Shown: positions 1 to 7,502 of the stretch, piece after piece
How positions within the stretch are numbered: the stretch's first letter is position 1
How the letters are laid out: each line of letters starts with the position of its first letter
Assembly (NCBI RefSeq): GCF_051860585.1
Contig: NZ_JBHYDS010000011.1
Coordinates: 27,093 to 91,092, forward strand
Source: Hyphomicrobium sp.
Lineage (GTDB): Bacteria > Pseudomonadota > Alphaproteobacteria > Rhizobiales > Hyphomicrobiaceae
Reading direction: 5' to 3'
Length of the DNA stretch: 64,000 nt
Notes under the pieces: model-generated
What the model saw: the letters and a program-made list of their open reading frames with translations, nothing else
Database searches by the model: none
What the model was told of the DNA's origin: nothing
Program-made: the position numbers and the translations under genes

Positions 1-80
1 GTGGCCGCCTCGGCGGCGGACACGGAGGCGGCGGCCGGCGCCGCTGATCGCCCCTAATGGAAAATTCAGTGGAGGCTCCC

Positions 81-1028
81 ATGACCCTCGCCGCAACGAT
101 CGCCAGAACATTTTTTCTCAGCATCGCCGTCCCGGCCGCGGCACTTGCCTTCGTGTCCTGCGCAGCTTCGGCAGCGCCAACCAAACAGGCGACCTTCGCG
201 TCGCCGCAAGAGGCCGCCGAGGCGCTCGTCGCGGCCGTGCGGTCGGGCGACGCGGCCGACATCGTCAAGGTGCTCGGACCGGACGGCCGCGCGATCGCGA
301 GTTCGGGAGACGCCGTCGCCGACGCGTCCGCACGTGAGCGCTTCGTCGCGGCTTACGATGAACAGAACCAGATCCGGCAGGCGGGCGACGGCCCGCTGAC
401 ACTCTACCTCGGCCATGACGACTATCCCTTTCCGCTGCCGCTGGTGTCGGCTGATGGCAAATGGCGCTTCGACACGGCAGCCGGCGCGGAAGAGATCCTC
501 GACCGGCGCATCGGCGAGAATGAGCTGGCGGCGATCGAAGTGATGCGCGCGTACGTCGACGCACAGCGCGAATATGCCGAGACTGACTGGGACGGAAAGG
601 GCGCGCAGTACGCCCGCCGCCTGCTGAGCCGGGAGAACGTGAAGGACGGTCTCTATTGGCCGACCGCGGAAGGCGAACCGGAAAGTCCCCTCGGCCCGCT
701 TGTCGCCGAGGCCCGCGCGGAAGGGTATCGCAAGAAGAGAAGGGAACCCGAGCCCTACCACGGCTACCTCTTCCGGGTGTTGACCGCACAAGGCCCGCAC
801 GCCTCCGGCGGCGCGCGCACCTACATCGTCAACGGACGCATGATCGGCGGTTTTGCGCTCATCGCCACGCCGGCCGAATACGGAAATTCCGGCGTGAAGA
901 CCTTTGTCGTCGATCAGGACGGCGTCGTGTTCGAAAAGGACCTGGGCGAGAACACGCCCCCCGCGGCCAATAGCATCGAAGCCTTCAACCCCGAGAGCGG
1001 ATGGTCGTCCGTATCGAACACAAAGTGA
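81..1028 (+). CDS. DUF2950 family exported protein
   Basis: Signal peptide; FASPQEAAEALVAA, PFPLPLV, RRIGENEL, GLYWP, PYHGYLFR and FALIATPAEYGNSGVKTF motifs typical of DUF2950. ATG at 81 follows GGAGG. Confidence 0.85.
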   Translation: MTLAATIARTFFLSIAVPAAALAFVSCAASAAPTKQATFASPQEAAEALVAAVRSGDAADIVKVLGPDGRAIASSGDAVADASARERFVAAYDEQNQIRQAGDGPLTLYLGHDDYPFPLPLVSADGKWRFDTAAGAEEILDRRIGENELAAIEVMRAYVDAQREYAETDWDGKGAQYARRLLSRENVKDGLYWPTAEGEPESPLGPLVAEARAEGYRKKRREPEPYHGYLFRVLTAQGPHASGGARTYIVNGRMIGGFALIATPAEYGNSGVKTFVVDQDGVVFEKDLGENTPPAANSIEAFNPESGWSSVSNTK

Positions 1029-1203
1029 TCGAAGCGCGCTGGAAACCGATGAAAGTGAGCCGGCAGCGCAGCCGCATCCTCCGCGGGCGCCGGCATGGCG
1101 CTGCTCAGCCCTGAGACCGAGACGGAACAGCAGTGTCCAACCCGCAGGTCGGGCTGTTGTTCTGCCGCGACTAATCGCTTGTTTTTGCTAGTGTATTTAG
1201 CGA

Positions 1204-1222
1204 ATGGCGGTCCCTACGGGAG
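1204..1222. repeat. att core repeat (left junction), copy of the tRNA-Glu 3' end
   Basis: ATGGCGGTCCCTACGGGAG, identical to 44410-44428. Confidence 0.93.
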
Positions 1223-1253
1223 AACTAAGTCCAGTTCAAATCAATGAGTTAGG

Positions 1254-1314
1254 GTGGCAAACCCTCACTGGAGGCCACATTGATTTATTTGCTTTTTTAA
1301 ATGCATTGGCAAAC
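1254..1314. promoter_or_regulatory. Putative integrase arm-type sites (TGGCAAAC), left end
   Basis: GTGGCAAAC 1254-1262 and TGGCAAAC 1307-1314, just inside the left att. The same motif occurs inside the right att. Confidence 0.55.
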
Positions 1315-1394
1315 CGCATGCGCGGAGCGCCACGCGAGGCCTCGTGGATCGCGTCATTGCCGCTCGTTGGTGGCCAGAGGGTCGCGACCACGCA

Positions 1395-2420
1395 ATGAGC
1401 ACAAAAGAAAAGGCGTCTCCCGGCGCAACCGGGAAGCACACTCAGAACTCACTCAATGGTGCGTCGAATGTCTCTGCGGATATTTTCGTAGCAGACCATC
1501 CCCGTAAGAAGCGGCAGATCGACAAGGACGTTCCGATCGAGATCGTTCCGATCTTGGCGGGTGGATGCGTCGTAGGCCATCTCTGTCCCACAGAAAGGCC
1601 TCCAAAACGGAAGCTCAAGTACAAGCCCGGATCCCATCGTCGACGCGAGATTGAAAAGGTATTCAAACACCTGTTCCCCATAGAAGAAGGAGTCGTTCCA
1701 ACACGCGCGGAAGCGCGCGCATTTGCCATTGTGATCGCCGATCACGCCACGCAAGCCGAAGCATTCGGTTGGATATCCAAGAACCTCGCCCTCGAACTGC
1801 CTCCCGATGAAGTCCTGGCTATCGTCACGAACGCGCGCATGCGCAGTTGGAAGGCTGATGAACTGGCGAAGTTCCTCGCCGTGACGAAGGAAATTCGCGA
1901 CCAACTGCAACTGCGGACAATCGGAGCAACAGATTTTAACAAGCGGCAACGGATTGCGGATCGGAAGCGAAAAGCCCGATTGCGCATGCGCGCGGTACGC
2001 GCGCGACAGCAGGCCGGCAAGTCGCGACCGATTTCTGTTGCGGAGTCCAAACCGTGGGAGCTTGAAAACATTTCGCGCGCTTCGTGGTACCGCCGCAGGG
2101 CGGCCCGTATTGCGGCTGATGAGACTACCAGCGTGCGCAATACCAATAAAGAGAACCGTGCGCACAAAATCAGTCTCATAGCTGCAATATTGGAGGCCCT
2201 GGCAGACGGCGTGCGGAGCGTGCCCGAATTGAACCAAGCAACTGGATTCCCCTGCACAACCATCCGCCCAATTCTATCGCGCCTCAAAGCAGTTGGGATT
2301 GTCGACCAACCGCGCCACGGCCTCTGGCAGTCAAGCAAGCCGGCTGCGGGAGGCCCCCTGGCCGCCGCTCCAGATCGAAATACCGTATCGAAATACCGTA
2401 TCGAAGGAGATGAAGCCTAG
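1395..2420 (+). CDS. Putative replication-initiator-like protein with C-terminal HTH/wHTH
   Basis: KPWELENISRASWYRRR resembles the KPWxxxGISRxTWYRR motif of ColE2-like/island Rep proteins; basic helix; terminal winged-helix segment; position at island end. Confidence 0.5.
   Translation: MSTKEKASPGATGKHTQNSLNGASNVSADIFVADHPRKKRQIDKDVPIEIVPILAGGCVVGHLCPTERPPKRKLKYKPGSHRRREIEKVFKHLFPIEEGVVPTRAEARAFAIVIADHATQAEAFGWISKNLALELPPDEVLAIVTNARMRSWKADELAKFLAVTKEIRDQLQLRTIGATDFNKRQRIADRKRKARLRMRAVRARQQAGKSRPISVAESKPWELENISRASWYRRRAARIAADETTSVRNTNKENRAHKISLIAAILEALADGVRSVPELNQATGFPCTTIRPILSRLKAVGIVDQPRHGLWQSSKPAAGGPLAAAPDRNTVSKYRIEGDEA
2374..2405 (+). repeat. 13-bp tandem repeat (ATCGAAATACCGT x2.4)
   Basis: ATCGAAATACCGT-ATCGAAATACCGT-ATCGAA read directly. 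Confidence 0.85.
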
Positions 2421-3109
2421 CGTCGACTGACAGTCTAGACGCCGCCAATGGACGTGCCCAGCACCTTCCTACCGCCGCTTCGCCCGTAGTTGCTTCGCCA
2501 AAAGACGTGGCGGCAGCCCTGCGGCGCGCCGCCAGCGCGACGTCGCTTCTAAATGCCCAACCGGACCCTCAAGTAGTCCCCTCAATCCGGCGGGTTGTCG
2601 GGCCGATCTTGGAAATCAATGTGGAAAACAAAATGACTAACCGACTACCAAACCAAATGCATGATCCGAACAGTCGGTCGGTTCGCCATCGGTAGGGACA
2701 CCGCGAGCCCCCTCAACACGCGCGCAAGCGCTCACTTCTCGGAGGCGGGCGTCGTCCAGACATCCTGGGGATAGCAAGTCGACGATCTTTTGTGCAGCGA
2801 GCGAGAGCGAACTCATACTAGCCCGCAACGTCGCTGATAGCCGAAAGCATCATGCTGCTCGAACAATGGTGCAAAATGCTCCGACATCCGGCGCGTAACA
2901 GACAGCGAAAAACCGCTGGCTCCCACGGCCCCCAAGCAAGCAACGTGCTACATTCAGCGGATCCCGTGCGGCTGGTCAGCAATCGAGGCTGCGACAATCC
3001 GACATGATTTTGCATGAGACAAAAATTCTGGAATCGGGGTGTATTGACGGCAAGCTTGGGAGCCGTGCGTGACACACGGTGTTTCGCGATGCTCTCGAAG
3101 CGATGAACG

Positions 3110-3133
3110 ACCCGCCATCGGCGGGTTTTTTTT
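3110..3133 (+). terminator. Intrinsic terminator hairpin 1
   Basis: ACCCGCC-ATC-GGCGGGT followed by a T tract. Confidence 0.75.
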
Positions 3134-3158
3134 GCCTCGCTACCCTGACTATCTCAAT

Positions 3159-3190
3159 AAAACCCGCCTGTTCGGCGGGTTTTTGTTTTT
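3159..3190 (+). terminator. Intrinsic terminator hairpin 2 (possibly bidirectional)
   Basis: AAAACCCGCC-TGTTC-GGCGGGTTTT then TGTTTTT; same stem as hairpin 1. Confidence 0.75.
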
Positions 3191-3202
3191 GGAGAACAAA
3201 CC

Positions 3203-3409
3203 ATGCGTCTGAAGGAACTTTATTTCTTGCCGCCCCGCCATGCAGCAACTCTGCTGGAGCTTCCAGTCAGCGTCCTAAACAAATTGCGCATTGATAGCCG
3301 TGGGCCGAAGTGCATCAAGATCGGCCGGCAGGTCCTGTACCCCCTACACGATCTCTTGAATTGGCTTCCAACAGAGCGCCGAAAAGCTCGCAAGTATTTC
3401 AGCATTTGA
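3203..3409 (+). CDS. AlpA/Xis-like helix-turn-helix DNA-binding protein
   Basis: 68 aa; AATLLELPVSVLNKLR..GPKCIKIGRQVLY..DLLNWL pattern of the HTH_17/AlpA family; GGAGA RBS. Confidence 0.8.
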   Translation: MRLKELYFLPPRHAATLLELPVSVLNKLRIDSRGPKCIKIGRQVLYPLHDLLNWLPTERRKARKYFSI

Positions 3410-3461
3410 GCGTCCCGCAAGCCAAATAGAATTCTGAGGCACCCGCACAAAAAGGGATGGA

Positions 3462-3668
3462 ATGTACAAAGGCGTTAGATGGATCGTGGACATTACGTAC
3501 CACTCAGAGGCTGGTGACGTCGACGTTCGCCATCATCTGATGGAGCTGAAAGATCTGCATAATGTTGTCGAAGCAGGGCCGGATTGGCACTGCCTCAAAG
3601 GCATCGCGGTTTCGCTCGCCCGCCCTCCAGGCCAAGGGATCAAGACGCTGGAGGCCGCTGACGAATGA
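3462..3668 (+). CDS. Small hypothetical phage/island protein
   Basis: 68 aa, GGGATGG RBS, plausible composition (RWIVDITYHSEAGDVDV...GPDW). Confidence 0.55.
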   Translation: MYKGVRWIVDITYHSEAGDVDVRHHLMELKDLHNVVEAGPDWHCLKGIAVSLARPPGQGIKTLEAADE

Positions 3669-4317
3669 TCGCTTGGGCGCGGCAGCTGTTGCGTTGCCGC
3701 GCTTGCTCTTTCGCCCCCTCCGCAAGGCAAGTTCTGCTAATGCCTGCTTGTCACCAGTATGCAGACACGGCGTGCCGACGGAACGTATGCGTCGTTAATT
3801 GGCCGCCTATGTCGGTCCAGGGACGATGCGGTCGTACGCAGCTTCCGCAAGCAAGAAAGGGAAGTGTGGCCTCAGTTTGGACCTCACCAAATAAGCGGAC
3901 CACCCGCGTCTGCCCGCCACGACCGCACCGACTGTTCGCCGCTTCGTTATGCCAAGCCGAAAGCGAATGCTGCCGGGGGTGACAGTCTCGCTGTAGGCGT
4001 GAAGCTCAAAGCGAGACGGTTGATCACTTCGAGGCCGGCACCGAACCCGAAGAGGACCTCGCTCGTTGTCGCAACGGCGATGCGACCGGAACACCGCCAA
4101 AGCGAATTTCGAAACTCTCGTCGGATAATTCGCGAAGGTTGACGACGTCCAATTGTGAAATCCGGGAGCGATGCGGAGCTGAATAGAGCGTCTGCTCGCA
4201 GCGGCCGAGGAGGCGCACCGTCGTCTTGATCGGCTTACGTCCGCTCAGGACTTCGATGTGCCGACCCCGTGTCGAGCGCCGACTTCTATTGATGGGGCGA
4301 TCGCGGTCATACGCAAC

Positions 4318-4411
4318 GTCCGCTTTGCCGAGGAAGCAGACGCCGGAGAGATAGCTCTCGCACTTGCTTGCGCTCGGCGGTCGGATGTCGGCATTCCATC
4401 GCAAAGCGGAC
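4318..4411. repeat. Paired palindromic element (12-bp and 13-bp spacer sites), copy 1
   Basis: GTCCGC-N12-GCAGAC, 45 bp, GTCGGC-N13-GCGGAC. Confidence 0.75.
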
Positions 4412-4451
4412 GTGGGAGATACGACTCGGTGGGCCATGTGTGGACGGCTCC

Positions 4452-4708
4452 GGGCTGTCAAGGGTTTGGTCACGTAGCAGTGTTGGTCGGAGCAGCCATG
4501 TGTTCGGCCTTTGAGTGCGGCTCACAGGGCCGCTGGCCATAATGCCCTCCGCGGATCAGGTCCCGGTCAAAAGCTCGCATTCGAAGATGCTCTGGCCCAA
4601 GTGGGTTGTCCTGATCACCGGATCGACCGGTTCTGCATTACGTGCTGTCTGCCCTTTCCAACCGTTTCATCACGCCGTTGCCGGCGCGATCTCGCTAGCG
4701 TCGCGGCC
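4452..4708 (-). ncRNA. Putative bridge/seek RNA of the IS1111 element
   Basis: 257-bp non-coding region downstream of the transposase, containing segments that match both target flanks and the element end (see findings). Transcript ends unknown. Confidence 0.75.
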
Positions 4709-5740
4709 CTATCGAGCCAATGCGACGGGTTCCCTGTAGCTCTCGCCCTTGGCCATCATGGCCCAGGCCATACGTGCGATCTTGTTGGCGAGCGCGATCG
4801 CCGCGACTTTCGTCGGTCGGCGCTCGAGAAGTTTTGCAAGCCACGGGCGATGTTTGGTGCCGTGGATCCTGGCGTAGCGGATCACGGCCAGTGCGCCCGC
4901 ACAGAAGAGCGAGCGCAGATAGCGATCGCCCTGCTTGGTGATGCTGCCGAGCTTCTCTTTGCCACCGCTGGAGTTCTGTTTCGGCACCAGACCGACCCAT
5001 GCCGAGAAGTCGCGGCCGGATCGGAACGCCTTCGGATCGGCAACGCTCGCGACCAGTGCGGTTGCGAGTGCAGGACCGACGCCGGGGAGTTCGTCGAGCC
5101 GGCGGCTTGTCTCGTTCGAGCGATGCCAGGCGTTGATCTGGCGGTCGAACTCCAGGATCTGAGCTTTGAACTTGCTGAGCAGCGCACCCAGGGCTTCGAG
5201 ACACGCACGCGCGACCTCGGGAATACGCTCGTCCCTTTCATCGGCAACGGTGTAGAGCAACTCCTCCACGCCGTTGCGTCCGACCGGCGCCACGATACCG
5301 AACTCGGCCAGATGGGCGCGGATGGTGTTGATGACCGCAGTCTGCTGCCGGATGAAGAGGTGTCGCGTACGATGAAGCATTAGGCAGCTCTGCTGCTCGG
5401 TCGTTTTGGTCGGCACGAAGCGCATGCTCGGCCGCTGCACCGCCTCACAGATGGCCTCGGCATCGGCAGCACCGTTCTTCTGGCGTTTGACATAGGGCTT
5501 CACGTAGGCCGGGGGCATGAGCCGCACGGTATGCCCGAGGGCCTGCAGCTCGCGCGACCAATGATGCGACGTGGCACAGGCCTCAATGCCAACTAGGCAG
5601 GGCGGCAGCTTCTTGAAGAACGCGAGCACGTACCGGCGCTTCAGCTGTCGGCCGACAACAACGCTGCCCTGCGCATCGACCCCATGAACCTGAAAGACAG
5701 ACTTTGCGATGTCGAGGCCAACGACTGTGATTGCCTGCAT
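4709..5740 (-). CDS. IS110 family DEDD recombinase/transposase
   Basis: GLDIAK, GIEACAT, KNGAADAEAI, LDELPGVG, GLVPKQNSSGGK, KQGDRYLR, ALANKIAR motifs. One catalytic Asp (usual KND) reads KNG. Confidence 0.96.
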   Translation of the reverse strand: MQAITVVGLDIAKSVFQVHGVDAQGSVVVGRQLKRRYVLAFFKKLPPCLVGIEACATSHHWSRELQALGHTVRLMPPAYVKPYVKRQKNGAADAEAICEAVQRPSMRFVPTKTTEQQSCLMLHRTRHLFIRQQTAVINTIRAHLAEFGIVAPVGRNGVEELLYTVADERDERIPEVARACLEALGALLSKFKAQILEFDRQINAWHRSNETSRRLDELPGVGPALATALVASVADPKAFRSGRDFSAWVGLVPKQNSSGGKEKLGSITKQGDRYLRSLFCAGALAVIRYARIHGTKHRPWLAKLLERRPTKVAAIALANKIARMAWAMMAKGESYREPVALAR

Positions 5741-5874
5741 GATGAGCTCCTCCGGATCCTGGTCGCCTCATCGGCAACCGATTCCAAGGCGCTTGCGCGC
5801 CCCGTGAGGAGCCGTCCACAGCATCAAAAGCGGAAGCGACTAGCTCAGCCTCGCCACTCAGAAAGTGAGCTGGC

Positions 5875-7476
5875 TTATTTCGGCGCGATGACGGCCTTAG
5901 GCGGTTCGTTGCGATAGCGCCAGAATGCGGCTGCGCCCTGCTCAATACGCTCCATCATCGTTCCGCGAGCGTCGGGTGGATGGGTGCCGTCCATCAAGAG
6001 CACGCCGAGGTCCTGAAGGAGTGCAGCCTTTTCGGCGAATCCGCTGTGGTTCAAGCCAAAGAACTCCGTGCTTGTCGCCGTTACGTCAATCGTCTCCACG
6101 CCGGCGACAACAAGAGGAGTCGAAGGTGGGGCCGGGACGTCACCAGCACGCGCAACGCCGCCCGCAACGGTCCGAGAAGCGATAAGGGCTTTATCGCTCG
6201 AAGACGCGTAAAGGGTCACCCCTTGCGCAAAACTACCCAGATTGGTCGCGAGCGTCTCGAACACATCCCGGTCGATATCCGGCGCCGCGAGAATAATTTG
6301 GGAAACGACAGCACCGCCCTTAAGTCCGCCGGCGAGTTGAATCTTTTCAAGAGTGCGCAAGAGCGCCGCGTTGCCCATGCTGTGCGCGATAAGATGGACC
6401 TTTGTGGCTTTCGACTGCGTCGCCACCAGCTCGATGAAGTTGCGCAAGTAGTCGACGGACTGGTCAGCACTGTCCTTGTCGTATAGGTAGCCGGTCAATC
6501 CGCCGCCAGAGGGCCAGCTATAGAGGAAAGGTACACCGTCGAAGCCTATATCGTAGGCGATCTGGGCCGTGCGATAGAGGGCATTTTCGAACGAGACGTT
6601 GTAGCCGTGCACAAAGATGAAGGCTTGGTCCTTGAACGTTTGTGACGCGCCAAGCTGCTGTCGAACCGCCTCGATAAATTTCTCGCGACTGAGAACGCCG
6701 ATGTCTTGGATTGTAAAGTGTCGCCGCGGATCTTCGCTCAGCTCCAGTAGGGTGACGCCGAAAATCGAAAGCGCCCAGGGTCTTTCAATTATTGCCCGGT
6801 AATGGTCCTTGGGAATCGTAACAAGGGCTTTTCCTAGAACGAGGGCGCGCGCTCGCGCGCCAGCGAAAGATGCGCGCTCCGTTCCCGACGCTTGTTTGCG
6901 GTCGGTGCCGAAGAACACTGGGACGGCGTCGTAAGGCTCGTCTGCCGCTTCGTCAACGCCGGGGACCGGCCCTCTTTCGACCAACGCGTCATCGGGGCTG
7001 GACGATCCGCTGGCGTTAAGCTGGCTCGCCATGGCCTCATCGGTTTCAGCTTGGTCTCCGTCACCTCGCAGGCGGTGGACCAGCGCGCGCTCCTGATAAG
7101 CGGAGGCAAGCTTTGGATCGAGGGTGATCGCGTGCGCAAGCTCGGCGAGCGCACGGTCCACATCGCCGGCCAGTCGCAACACCAAAGCCTTGGCGACATA
7201 TGACCTCGCTTTATTCGGATCGAGCGCGATTGCCTTGTCCGAGTCGGAAATTGCACTGTCGATCTTCCCCAGCTCGGCGTAGGCGCGTGCCCGGAACAAG
7301 TGGGCCTCGACAAGCCGTTCGCTGGCTGTGTCGCCCGCGACGATGATTTCCGTGCAAGCTTGTACTCTTGTCGAAAGCTCGCCGCTTTCGCAGTCCTGCA
7401 AAACGTCCGCGCTGCCAACCGAGCTCACGGCGAGCCAGACGATCAGCGCAAGAAGGCCAGAAGGTCGGCGCAGCAT
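5875..7476 (-). CDS. Exported TPR-repeat + DUF900 alpha/beta hydrolase (esterase-like)
   Basis: Signal peptide, three TPRs, VPVFFGTDR, FVHGYNVSF, YSWPSGG, HLIAHSMG, LAAPDID, terminal HS; GGGGAG RBS. Confidence 0.85.
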   Translation of the reverse strand: MLRRPSGLLALIVWLAVSSVGSADVLQDCESGELSTRVQACTEIIVAGDTASERLVEAHLFRARAYAELGKIDSAISDSDKAIALDPNKARSYVAKALVLRLAGDVDRALAELAHAITLDPKLASAYQERALVHRLRGDGDQAETDEAMASQLNASGSSSPDDALVERGPVPGVDEAADEPYDAVPVFFGTDRKQASGTERASFAGARARALVLGKALVTIPKDHYRAIIERPWALSIFGVTLLELSEDPRRHFTIQDIGVLSREKFIEAVRQQLGASQTFKDQAFIFVHGYNVSFENALYRTAQIAYDIGFDGVPFLYSWPSGGGLTGYLYDKDSADQSVDYLRNFIELVATQSKATKVHLIAHSMGNAALLRTLEKIQLAGGLKGGAVVSQIILAAPDIDRDVFETLATNLGSFAQGVTLYASSSDKALIASRTVAGGVARAGDVPAPPSTPLVVAGVETIDVTATSTEFFGLNHSGFAEKAALLQDLGVLLMDGTHPPDARGTMMERIEQGAAAFWRYRNEPPKAVIAPK

Positions 7477-7502
7477 TTGCAATCTCCCCACGCACGTTAC
7501 GA

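Larger units (their letters stand above)
4434..5825 (-). mobile_element. IS110-family insertion sequence, IS1111 group
   Basis: Perfect 13-bp subterminal inverted repeats TGTGGACGGCTCC (4439-4451) / GGAGCCGTCCACA (5808-5820); long 3' non-coding region; no target duplication. Exact ends uncertain by a few bp. Confidence 0.9.

Noticed and set aside
1204-1260. Second tRNA gene at the left end
   Set aside because: Only 19 bp match; no T-arm completion, anticodon arm or D-arm. It is the att duplicate.
2507-3075. Short ORFs between the Rep-like and AlpA-like genes
   Set aside because: No clear RBS or family motif; 2818-3075 may be real but I cannot support it.
4511-5383. 290-aa plus-strand ORF in the IS
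   Set aside because: Antisense to the transposase and the ncRNA region.
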